Of a stretch of DNA of 53,349 nt, positions 1 to 8,304 are shown piece by piece (position 1 is the stretch's first letter; each line of letters opens with the position of its first letter). The translations under genes were made by a program, and so were the position numbers. This DNA is from Bacteroidales bacterium (GTDB lineage Bacteria; Bacteroidota; Bacteroidia; Bacteroidales; UBA1402), in contig JAGDCW010000053.1 in the NCBI GenBank assembly GCA_017958305.1, positions 1-53,349 on the forward strand. The letters are read 5' to 3'. The notes below the pieces were generated by a model. That model made no database searches, had not been told where the DNA came from, and was given only the letters and a program-made list of their open reading frames with translations.

Positions 1-525
1 GAAACGGATGTGGCCTGCCTGCGCATACTCACTCCCGAAGGGCGGCCTTACCGCGACTATCCGGCCGCGGCCTGCCGCCTGGACAGCATCGAGGCGGTGC
101 GTCAGGTGAGTTCCATCGAAATCGTTTTCCGCACGGAACGTGTCCGCGCGTGCGGTCTCCGTTTTGACGAGCGTTTCGGGCTGGGCCGTCCCTGGCCCTG
201 CAGCGAGGAGTTCCTGTTTCTGGTGGCTTGTATGAGGGCCGGCCTCAGGATCGACTATTTTCCGCTCGATGCAGTGGTGCACCCCCGGGAGAGTACCACC
301 CGCCGTCGCAGTCAGGGCGAACCGGCCATGCTGGAGAAATCGGGGGCTGTGAATGCCGTCCTGTACGGTTGCCCGGGCGCCTATCTGCGCAATTTGCTGT
401 CGCTGCTCAAAGCGGGCGCGATGAGAAAAGAGCAGGGGCTGTCGGCCCTGGCGTTCCTGCGCTACAAGAACAAGGGTACGCGTGAAGCCCTGCGTGGCAG
501 GGAAGCCGCGGCATCTGCCAAATGA
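1..525 (+). CDS. Glycosyltransferase (GT2-like), C-terminal fragment; the 5' end lies outside the window
   Basis: The frame-1 ORF is open from base 1 to the TGA at 523-525. The segment FDERFGLGRPWPCSEEFLFLVACMRAGLRIDYFPLDAVVHP resembles the conserved C-terminal half of family-2 glycosyltransferases. It lies 4 nt upstream of the next gene. Confidence 0.6.
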   Translation, partial: ETDVACLRILTPEGRPYRDYPAAACRLDSIEAVRQVSSIEIVFRTERVRACGLRFDERFGLGRPWPCSEEFLFLVACMRAGLRIDYFPLDAVVHPRESTTRRRSQGEPAMLEKSGAVNAVLYGCPGAYLRNLLSLLKAGAMRKEQGLSALAFLRYKNKGTREALRGREAAASAK

Positions 526-529
526 AGAT

Positions 530-2533
530 ATGACTGACTGGAAAGACATACTACGGAAAATGCTGGCCAAGGGCGGCTATCTGCTGCGTCGCGCCAGCGT
601 GGTGGAACGCAACGGACAATTGGCCCGCGAAAGCCTGGCCCTGGCCCGGCAAAGCTGCCCGGCCTCCATCGCCTCGGTGGTGTTTTCCTGCGACCGGGCC
701 ATGCAGTTGGAGGCTTTCTTGCGATCCTATCGCGAAAAGGTGGCCCATGCCGGACAGATGTATGTCCTGTACCGGGCCTCGGACGAAGGCCATGCCCGCA
801 GTTACCGGGAATTGAGGCAGGAAATGGCCGCCAGTTCACTGGACGGACGGCTGACGTGGGTGGAAGAGACGGATTTCCGCACCCAGCTGCTGGACATACT
901 GGAGCATTGCACCTGCCGTACGGTGGCGCTCTATGTCGATGACATGCTCTTTTTGCATCCGATCGACTACGATGTCCTCAAGGAAGTGGACACCACCCTT
1001 TACATCCCTTCCATCTGCCGCGGACGGGACATGCGCTACAGTGCCGTGCTGGGCCGGCCCATCGATTTGCCCGACTTGACGCCCTCGCCCTATCCGCCCC
1101 TTTTGGCTTTCCGTTGGAACCAGTACCGGGAGCTGTCCGACTGGACCTATCCCCTGGGTGTCTCTGGCTATTTTTACGGTCGCGACGAATTGCTGGCCCT
1201 CTGCCGTCGGATCGGTTTTCGCCATCCCAATTCGCTGGAAAGCGCCATGCAGGCCTACAAGGATGTGTTTGCCGAACGGCTGGGACTGTGCTGTGAAAAG
1301 GCCGCCTGCTGCTGTGTCCATGCCAACCGGGTGCAGACCGAGGTGGCCAACACAGACCTGGGCTACTTCACTGTGGCGGAATTGCTGGAACGCTGGCAAA
1401 AGGGCGAGTGCATCGATCTGCGCCCCTTCGACGGTTTGTCGCGGGCCGAAGCCTGGCACCTGAAATACACCTTTGTGCCCCGTCGCCGCATGCCGGCCGA
1501 ATGGGAGCCGCAGGCCTTCGTGCAACTGACCTGGCCGCATGAGGACACCGACTGGCGCGACATGCTGCCCGAGGTGACCGAATGCTTCGTGGCCATGGCC
1601 CGTGCCATCCTGCGCTTCGAGCCTTTGCTGGTTGTCTGCCGCGACGCCGAGACTGTGCGCCGACTGATCGCCGCCCCGCAAGACGCCCCCTTGCGCTTCT
1701 GCGAGTCGGCCTCGGACGATACCTGGGCCCGTGACCACGGCGGCATCGGCCGTTGGGACGGACAGCGTCTGGCGGTCTGTGATTTCGGCTACAATGCCTG
1801 GGGCGCCAAATTCCCCTTCGAAAAAGACAACGCCATCACAGCCGCCCTGCGCCGGGCCGGCATCTTCGCCGACCGCGACTATGTGGACTGTCTGGACTGC
1901 ATCCTCGAAGGCGGCAGCCTGGAATCGGACGGACAGGGTACGCTGCTCACCACGGAAAGCTGTCTGCTGTCGCAGCACCGCAACGACCTGGACAAGGCCG
2001 GGGCGGAAGCCATGCTTCGCGACCGACTGGGCGCCGGACGGGTGCTGTGGATCAAGCACTCCTACCTGGCCGGAGACGATACGGACGGCCATATCGACAT
2101 GCTGGCCCGTTTCTGCGATGTCGGCACCATTGCCTACATGGCACCGCCCGAATCCCCGGCCCCCGGGTCGGACCTGGCTCCGTCGGAACGTGAAGTGGAG
2201 GAGCGTCAGAGAGCCTCCCTGCAAGCCTTGGAAACAGAACTGCTGGCTCTCAGGCAGGCCAACGGCTTGCCCTACCGGCTCATTGCGCTGCCTTGCCCCG
2301 ATCCGGTTTACGAGGAGGGCGAACGTCTGCCCGCCAGTTATGCCAATTTCCTGATTTTGAATGGGGCAGTGTTGGTGCCGGTTTACCGGGTGCCCCAGGA
2401 CGATGCGGCGCTGTCGCGCCTGGCCGAGGCCTTCCCGGGGCGGGAGATTGTCGGCATCGACTGCCGTGTGTTGATCCGCCAGCACGGTTCCCTGCATTGC
2501 TCGACCATGCAGTATCCTGCAAGTGGCAAATAA
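530..2533 (+). CDS. Fusion protein: uncharacterised N-terminal domain of about 320 aa (possibly GT-A-like, VALYVDDMLF) joined to a full agmatine deiminase / PAD_porph-family domain
   Basis: The ATG at 530 (MTDWKDIL) lies just after the upstream stop. The C-terminal 340 aa carry agmatine-deiminase-family motifs: MPAEWEPQAFVQLTWPHEDTDW, DDTWARDHGG, EGGSLESDGQGTLLTTE, GDDTDGHIDMLARF, SYANFLILNGAVLVPVY and the catalytic GSLHCSTMQ. No stop codon separates the two halves. Confidence 0.8.
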   Translation: MTDWKDILRKMLAKGGYLLRRASVVERNGQLARESLALARQSCPASIASVVFSCDRAMQLEAFLRSYREKVAHAGQMYVLYRASDEGHARSYRELRQEMAASSLDGRLTWVEETDFRTQLLDILEHCTCRTVALYVDDMLFLHPIDYDVLKEVDTTLYIPSICRGRDMRYSAVLGRPIDLPDLTPSPYPPLLAFRWNQYRELSDWTYPLGVSGYFYGRDELLALCRRIGFRHPNSLESAMQAYKDVFAERLGLCCEKAACCCVHANRVQTEVANTDLGYFTVAELLERWQKGECIDLRPFDGLSRAEAWHLKYTFVPRRRMPAEWEPQAFVQLTWPHEDTDWRDMLPEVTECFVAMARAILRFEPLLVVCRDAETVRRLIAAPQDAPLRFCESASDDTWARDHGGIGRWDGQRLAVCDFGYNAWGAKFPFEKDNAITAALRRAGIFADRDYVDCLDCILEGGSLESDGQGTLLTTESCLLSQHRNDLDKAGAEAMLRDRLGAGRVLWIKHSYLAGDDTDGHIDMLARFCDVGTIAYMAPPESPAPGSDLAPSEREVEERQRASLQALETELLALRQANGLPYRLIALPCPDPVYEEGERLPASYANFLILNGAVLVPVYRVPQDDAALSRLAEAFPGREIVGIDCRVLIRQHGSLHCSTMQYPASGK

Positions 2534-2616
2534 TCAGGGCGTAACCGCGTTAAAACATTAAATACCATGTATCCTTTTTTATAGATAATTATATAAACTA
2601 TCCGAGCCTTTCTCCC

Positions 2617-2624
2617 TACCTTTG
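2617..2624 (+). promoter_or_regulatory. Bacteroidota-type -7 promoter box TACCTTTG (TAnnTTTG) for the efflux operon
   Basis: Exact match to TAnnTTTG, 19 nt upstream of the ATG at 2643, inside an AT-rich 109-nt intergenic region. Confidence 0.5.
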
Positions 2625-2642
2625 CCATATAATTCCGTACAG

Positions 2643-3872
2643 ATGAGAAAACTCGCCACGACCCTGACAGTGACTGCCTTGCTGATGTCCTTCACCGCCT
2701 GCCGACAGGCGCAGGAGAAGGAATTCAGCCACCTGGTCGTGCGCATGGATTTTACCGACAACGTCATGCTGGATGGTACCGTGTCGGCCATCCGCTCGAC
2801 ACAGGTCATGCCTTTTGAGGAACTGGTCGAGTGGGGATCGGTCATCAAGACTTTGACCGAAGACGGTGTCTGGGTCAAGCAGGGAGACACGGTCTGTGTC
2901 CTCGAAAACAAGGATCTGGAGGAAATGCAGGATCTGCTCACCGGCTATATCGCCAACGGCCGGCTGAGCTACGAGTCGGGCCTTTCCCGGCTGGAGACGC
3001 AATATGCCACCCTGGAGGCCCAGTTGCGCATCAATGAGATACAGTCCAACCTTTCCAGTCTGGATTCCATCCAACTGGCCTATTACACGCCGACCCAGCG
3101 CCGCATTGCCGAACTGAATCTTCGCAAGGCCCGTATCGAGGAAGCCAAGCTCAAACGCGAAATCGCCACCACCAAGCTGGTGAACGAAACCGAAGTCATG
3201 AAGCTGAAGATCCAGTTGCGCCAGTACGAATCCCTGCAGGAAAGGTACGACGGTCTGGTACAGCGGCTGGTTGTCACCTCGCCGGCCACCGGTCTTTTTT
3301 TGCGCAAGCGCAATCCCGACACCGGCTACCTCTACGAGGATGGCGACGTGGTGCGTGGCGCTGTGGGGGAAATACCCTCGACCGATACGATGCAGGTCAA
3401 GATGGAAGTGCCCGAGCAGGTCTTCAAGCGCCTGGCAGTGGGCCAACCGGTCGCCTATACCTTCAGCGGTATGCCGGGAGTCCGCGGCTACGGCCGTATA
3501 GTCGGCAAGAGCCCGGTTGGTCGGGACAGGAGAAACACCTCGCTCACATATTTCGATGTGGTGGCCTCGGTCGATTCCTGCATCCGTCAGCCGCAGCCGG
3601 GCATGTCGGCCAATTGCCTGGTGACGGTGAGGACGCTGCCCGACACCCTGGCCGTCCCCATTGTCTCGGTCTTCGACCAGGACAGCTGCAAGGTGGTCTA
3701 TGTCAAGCAAGGCAACGGCTATGTGCAGCAGGAGGTGACCACTGGCTGGCAATCCTCCCAGAGTGTCGTCATCGTCAAGGGCGTGGCACCGGGCATGCAA
3801 CTGTCCCTGATCCGGCCCAAGGACCATCAAATCAAAGCAAAAAGATTTCTGTCAAAAAATAATGAGGAATAG
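2643..3872 (+). CDS. HlyD-family efflux periplasmic adaptor lipoprotein (paralog 1 of 3)
   Basis: Signal peptide with a Cys lipobox-like site (LLMSFTAC). It has a biotinyl-lipoyl-like segment (VKQGDTVCVLE), a long heptad-rich coiled coil, and beta-barrel/MP segments (PGMSANCLVTV..LAVPIVSVF). Start chosen at MRKLATT. Confidence 0.8.
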   Translation: MRKLATTLTVTALLMSFTACRQAQEKEFSHLVVRMDFTDNVMLDGTVSAIRSTQVMPFEELVEWGSVIKTLTEDGVWVKQGDTVCVLENKDLEEMQDLLTGYIANGRLSYESGLSRLETQYATLEAQLRINEIQSNLSSLDSIQLAYYTPTQRRIAELNLRKARIEEAKLKREIATTKLVNETEVMKLKIQLRQYESLQERYDGLVQRLVVTSPATGLFLRKRNPDTGYLYEDGDVVRGAVGEIPSTDTMQVKMEVPEQVFKRLAVGQPVAYTFSGMPGVRGYGRIVGKSPVGRDRRNTSLTYFDVVASVDSCIRQPQPGMSANCLVTVRTLPDTLAVPIVSVFDQDSCKVVYVKQGNGYVQQEVTTGWQSSQSVVIVKGVAPGMQLSLIRPKDHQIKAKRFLSKNNEE

Positions 3873-3875
3873 CAT

Positions 3876-5129
3876 ATGAAAAGAACCATTGAAATCCTGG
3901 CCTTTGTCTTACTTCTGGCGCTGACCGCCTGCGGCGGCAAACAGTCGAAAAAACAGGTGATTCCTGTGACGACGGTCCGTCAGGGTACCTTCTACATCGA
4001 TTTGTATGAAGAAGGGGAAATACAGGCCACCCAGTCGAAGATCATCTCTTCGCCGGAGATATCCTGGCGCTATGGCAGCAACCTGAAGATCGCCACGCTC
4101 ATCGAGGACGGTACCGAGGTGGAGGAGGGCGATACGGTGATGACTTTCGACCCCACCGAGGTGCGCAAGGCCATCGTCGATGCCGAGCAGCGGCTGGAAA
4201 TCCACTATGCCGAGCTGGAAAAGATGACCACGCAGCAGAAGTCCAACCTGGAAGGCATGCTGTCCGACCTGGAAGTGAGCCGGATTTCGCTCGAGATTTC
4301 CCGTTTGAACCTGGAGTCTTCCCAGTTTGAGGCCGAAATCACCCGCAAGCAGATAGAGCTCAATCTCGAACAGGCCGAAATATCCCTGGAACAATCGGAA
4401 GCCCAGATCGAGAACACCAAGCGTCAGCAGCGTGAGGAGATGCAGCAGATGAAGCTGACCATCCAGCAGGCCGAAAACGAGTTGAAGGATGCCCATGAAA
4501 CCCTCAAACTCCTGGCCGTCACGGCTCCGTCGCCCGGCATTGTCATCATCCGGCGCAACTATTCCACCCAGGCCAAATACCAGGAAGGCGAACAGGTCTG
4601 GGGCGGCCAGCAGATGATCGAACTGCCCAACCTGCGTGAACTGAAGGTCGAACTGAAGGTCAACGAAGTCGATATCGCCAAGGTGAGCAGGGGCTTGAAG
4701 GTCATTGTCCGGCCCGACGCCTTCTCCGATTCCACCTATCAGGGCGAGATCATGAAGGTGGCCAACCTGGCCGTCAACAAGACGCGCGACAGCAAGATCA
4801 AGGTCTTTCCCGTCGAGGTGCTCATCACTTCGCCCGTCAACCAGCACACCAACGGCACTCCGGAACTGATGCCCGGTCTGACGGTGAGCTGCCGCATCAT
4901 CATCGACGAGATTCCCAATTCGGTGTTCATCCCGCTCAACTGCCTCTTCCAGCAGAACAACGAGGATGTGGTCTTTGTCAAGACGGCCGGCGGATTCAAG
5001 CAGGTGCCTGTCAAAACGGGCCAGCGCAACACCGACTATGTGATTATCGAAAGCGGCCTGAAAGGCGGCGAAGAGATTGCCATGACCAACCCGCTGGTGA
5101 TGGAAAATGAGAAATCGGACAAGCAGTAA
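3876..5129 (+). CDS. HlyD-family efflux periplasmic adaptor lipoprotein (paralog 2 of 3)
   Basis: Lipobox LLALTAC. VEEGDTVMTFD lipoyl-like motif, an E/Q/L-rich coiled coil, and PGLTVSCRIIIDEIPNSVFIPLNCLF. It lies 3 nt after paralog 1. Confidence 0.85.
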   Translation: MKRTIEILAFVLLLALTACGGKQSKKQVIPVTTVRQGTFYIDLYEEGEIQATQSKIISSPEISWRYGSNLKIATLIEDGTEVEEGDTVMTFDPTEVRKAIVDAEQRLEIHYAELEKMTTQQKSNLEGMLSDLEVSRISLEISRLNLESSQFEAEITRKQIELNLEQAEISLEQSEAQIENTKRQQREEMQQMKLTIQQAENELKDAHETLKLLAVTAPSPGIVIIRRNYSTQAKYQEGEQVWGGQQMIELPNLRELKVELKVNEVDIAKVSRGLKVIVRPDAFSDSTYQGEIMKVANLAVNKTRDSKIKVFPVEVLITSPVNQHTNGTPELMPGLTVSCRIIIDEIPNSVFIPLNCLFQQNNEDVVFVKTAGGFKQVPVKTGQRNTDYVIIESGLKGGEEIAMTNPLVMENEKSDKQ

Positions 5130-5133
5130 GGTC

Positions 5134-6336
5134 ATGAAAGCAATCAAACTCATTTTTGCATTGGCAGGGCTCAGCCTGCTGGCGGCCTCCTGCGAAAAGC
5201 CCGAAGAGCAGCGCAACGAAGTCGTGCGCGGCAACCTGCGCCAGACATTGGTTGAGACGGGCGAACTGGTGACGGCCGACACCAAGACTTTCGTCATGCC
5301 CCGTTTCGGACGTTATTGGAGCAGTTTCAAGATCATCGGCATGCTGGAGCACGGCACCGAGGTCTCTGCCGGAGACTCGGTCATCCAGCTCGACCCGGCC
5401 GATGTCAAACAGTTTATCATCAACCAGGAAACCCGGCTGGAGACCCAGAAGGCCAATCTGGAGAAATTCCTGGTCAACAACGCCATCCAGCTCAAGAACC
5501 TCGACAACAACCTGCGCAGCCAAGAGGCGGCCTTCAACCTGACCAAACTGCAGATGGCTTCCTCGAAGTTCGAGACGGAGAAAAACCAACACATCCGTCA
5601 GTTGAATTTCCGTCAGGCCGAGATCCGTTACGAGAAGACCTTGCGCAATATCGAATACACCAAGGTCATCGCCCGCTACGACGAGAAAATCCAGCGGATA
5701 CACACCCAGCAGATACAGTCGCTGGTGGACATGGCCTACGAGGTCTTGCCCCAGCTGACCATACGCACCCCCATCAACGGTATCTTCCAGGTAGGCCAGA
5801 CACGCCGGCGCAACGGAGTGGCCCTCAAAGTGGGCGACGAAGTGCGCGTGGGCAATTCCATGGGCAGTGTGCCCGATCTCACGTGGATGAAGGTGAACAC
5901 CTCGATCAACGAGGTGGACCGCACCAAAGTCAGGGAAGGGATGCCTGTCATCGTTCGCATGGATGCCATGCCCGATTTGAAATTTGAGGGTATCGTCGAG
6001 AAAATAGGCGTCCTTTGCCACGAATACAGCTACGACGACAGCCGCAAGGTTTTCGACGTGGTGGTCCGGATCAACGAATCCGACCCGCGCCTCAAGCCGG
6101 GCATGACGGTGAGTTGCGAGTTTGTGGCCCACGACCTGAAGGATGTGCTCTATGTACCCAACGACTGTCTCTCGCGTGAGAGCGGCCGTTATTATGTCTA
6201 TCACCGCGACCTGGCCGGCCTGCACAAGATCCCGGTCCGTTTCGTGACCCGCAACAATGTCTTTTCGGTCATCGAGGGCGATATCCACGAGGGTATGGCC
6301 GTCGAACCGCTTAGTGAGATCAATAAAGAAGACTGA
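5134..6336 (+). CDS. HlyD-family efflux periplasmic adaptor lipoprotein (paralog 3 of 3)
   Basis: Start chosen at MKAIKLIFALAGLSLLAASC (lipobox). VSAGDSVIQLD, a coiled coil, and PGMTVSCEFVAHDLKDVLYVPNDCL. The architecture is the same as the two upstream genes. Confidence 0.8.
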   Translation: MKAIKLIFALAGLSLLAASCEKPEEQRNEVVRGNLRQTLVETGELVTADTKTFVMPRFGRYWSSFKIIGMLEHGTEVSAGDSVIQLDPADVKQFIINQETRLETQKANLEKFLVNNAIQLKNLDNNLRSQEAAFNLTKLQMASSKFETEKNQHIRQLNFRQAEIRYEKTLRNIEYTKVIARYDEKIQRIHTQQIQSLVDMAYEVLPQLTIRTPINGIFQVGQTRRRNGVALKVGDEVRVGNSMGSVPDLTWMKVNTSINEVDRTKVREGMPVIVRMDAMPDLKFEGIVEKIGVLCHEYSYDDSRKVFDVVVRINESDPRLKPGMTVSCEFVAHDLKDVLYVPNDCLSRESGRYYVYHRDLAGLHKIPVRFVTRNNVFSVIEGDIHEGMAVEPLSEINKED

Positions 6337-6337
6337 T

Positions 6338-7576
6338 ATGCAATTCGACGAGATTATCAGAATAGCCCTGCACGCCTTGCTCGACCACAAGTTCAGGTCG
6401 TTCCTGACCATGCTGGGCATCATCTTCGGGGTGGCTTCGGTCATTGCCATGCTCTCCATCGGTGAGGGCGCCAAGCGTGAAGCCATCGCCAAGTACCAGG
6501 ATCTGGGCGTCAACAACATCATTGTCCGCGAGCGCAACATGTCGGATGCCGAACTCGAGGAAGTCAGGGCCAAGTTTTCGCAGGGACTGAGCCTGTTGGA
6601 TGCCCAGACCATCCTCGAAATCGTGCCTTCGGTCGAGGCAGTGGCCCCCCAGGCCGAAAAGGAGACCGAAGCCAAGGTGGGCGACCGTTCGGCCAATTCG
6701 ACGGTGATCGGCGTGACGCCGGAGTTTATCGAGATCCTCAATTACGAGATAGGCGAGGGTGGTTTCATAACCCCCGAGCAGTACGAAAACAATATGAAGG
6801 TCTGCGTGTTGGGCGCCGGACTGGCCAAAGCTTTCTTCTCGGGCCAGTCGCCCCTGGGGCAGATGATCAAGGTCGAAGACCAGTGGCTGGAGGTGATCGG
6901 TGTGATGAAATCCAAGGCTGTATTCACCGAAACGGTCGGTGAACTGGCCTCCCGCGACCTGAACAACGATGTCTATGTGCCCCTGTCCACCTTCAACAAG
7001 CGTTTCGGCAAGACCAACAACCTGGTGAGCGAGATCAAGCAGATCACCGTCAAGGTGTCGGATTCCGGCAAACTGATCGAATGCTCCGAGGTGATCCGTT
7101 CCTTGCTCGACCGCCATCATTTCAACAACCAGGACTACAGCATCGTCATCCCTTACGAACTGCTCAAACAGGAAGAGAACGAGCGCCGCATCTACAATTT
7201 CCTGCTGGGTGCCATTGCCGCCATCTCCCTGCTGGTGGGCGGTATCGGCATCATGAACATCATGCTGGCCACGGTCATGGAGCGTACCCGTGAGATCGGT
7301 ATCCGCCGGGCCATCGGCGCGCGCAAGAAAGACATCATGAGCCAGTTTGTCATCGAAGCAGTGGCCATCAGTATCACCGGCGGTCTGATCGGGGTGCTGC
7401 TGGGGTTGGGCCTGTCGTTCGGCATCGCCCTGTTTACCAATGTGACGACTTTCGTGCGTCTGTATTCCGTGCTGGTCGCCTTCACCTTCTCCGTGCTGGT
7501 GGGTATCTGCTTCGGCTACCTGCCCGCCAAGAAAGCGGCCGACCTGAAACCGATTGAATCCATTAGATACGAATAG
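6338..7576 (+). CDS. MacB/DevC-type ABC transporter permease (FtsX domain with a large periplasmic domain)
   Basis: Start at [11 protein letters not shown]. It has an N-terminal TM helix ([20 protein letters not shown]), a periplasmic domain of about 250 aa, and a C-terminal FtsX core ([31 protein letters not shown]). Confidence 0.9.
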   Translation: MQFDEIIRIALHALLDHKFRSFLTMLGIIFGVASVIAMLSIGEGAKREAIAKYQDLGVNNIIVRERNMSDAELEEVRAKFSQGLSLLDAQTILEIVPSVEAVAPQAEKETEAKVGDRSANSTVIGVTPEFIEILNYEIGEGGFITPEQYENNMKVCVLGAGLAKAFFSGQSPLGQMIKVEDQWLEVIGVMKSKAVFTETVGELASRDLNNDVYVPLSTFNKRFGKTNNLVSEIKQITVKVSDSGKLIECSEVIRSLLDRHHFNNQDYSIVIPYELLKQEENERRIYNFLLGAIAAISLLVGGIGIMNIMLATVMERTREIGIRRAIGARKKDIMSQFVIEAVAISITGGLIGVLLGLGLSFGIALFTNVTTFVRLYSVLVAFTFSVLVGICFGYLPAKKAADLKPIESIRYE

Positions 7577-7578
7577 CC

Positions 7579-8301
7579 ATGCTCATCGAGATTAACCAAC
7601 TGAGGAAGAACTACGAGATCGGCGACCTGCTGGTGCCGGCCCTCAACGGCATCGACCTGCAGATCGACCAGAACGAATACGTGGCCATCATGGGTCCCTC
7701 GGGCTCCGGCAAGTCCACGCTGATGAACATCCTGGGCTGTCTGGATACGCCTTCGTCGGGCACCTACAAGTTCCGCGGCCGCAATGTCAGCGATCTCAAC
7801 GACGATGAACTCTCCCGTATGCGCAACCGGGAGATCGGCTTCATTTTCCAGAATTTCAATCTTTTGCCCAAGATGACTTCGCTGCAGAACGTCGAACTGC
7901 CCCTGATGTATGCCGGAGTGCCGCGCGCCGAGCGTCGTGAACGGGCCATCGAAGCCCTGGAAAAGGTGAGCCTGGCCGACCGTATGGACCACAAGCCCTC
8001 CGAATTGAGCGGCGGTCAGCGGCAGCGTGTGGCCATCGCCCGAGCCCTGGTCACCAAGCCGGGCATCCTGTTGGCCGACGAACCCACCGGTGCCCTCGAC
8101 TCGAAGACCGGTGTGGAGATCATGTCGCTCTTCGATGAACTTCACAAGGAAGGCAACACCCTGATAGTCATCACCCACGAAAGGGAGGTGGCAGAGTACA
8201 GCCGTCGCATCATCTTCATCAAGGACGGTGTGATATCTTCGGACGAACAAAACGAACGCAAGGCCGATGCAGAAGAGGCCATCTTAAGAACCAGAGGATA
8301 A
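7579..8301 (+). CDS. ABC transporter ATP-binding protein (MacB/LolD-type)
   Basis: Walker [11 protein letters not shown]-loop FIFQNFNLL, signature [15 protein letters not shown], Walker [13 protein letters not shown], and the H-loop ITHE. Confidence 0.95.
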   Translation: MLIEINQLRKNYEIGDLLVPALNGIDLQIDQNEYVAIMGPSGSGKSTLMNILGCLDTPSSGTYKFRGRNVSDLNDDELSRMRNREIGFIFQNFNLLPKMTSLQNVELPLMYAGVPRAERRERAIEALEKVSLADRMDHKPSELSGGQRQRVAIARALVTKPGILLADEPTGALDSKTGVEIMSLFDELHKEGNTLIVITHEREVAEYSRRIIFIKDGVISSDEQNERKADAEEAILRTRG

Positions 8302-8304
8302 GCT

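Noticed and set aside
836-2497. A 553-aa minus-strand ORF opposite the agmatine-deiminase fusion gene.
   Set aside because: Antisense artefact. The sense strand carries the complete set of deiminase motifs.
1-2533. An apparent GC-rich block relative to the efflux operon. Hand counts of single 60-nt lines gave about 62-72% here versus about 52-55% in 4201-4260 and 8701-8760, which could suggest a horizontally acquired island.
   Set aside because: Other sampled lines elsewhere ranged from 50% (DUF349) to 65% (GH2). Gene-to-gene variation is therefore large and my sample is tiny. No flanking repeats, tRNA or integrase support an island. A proper sliding-window GC and codon-usage analysis is needed.
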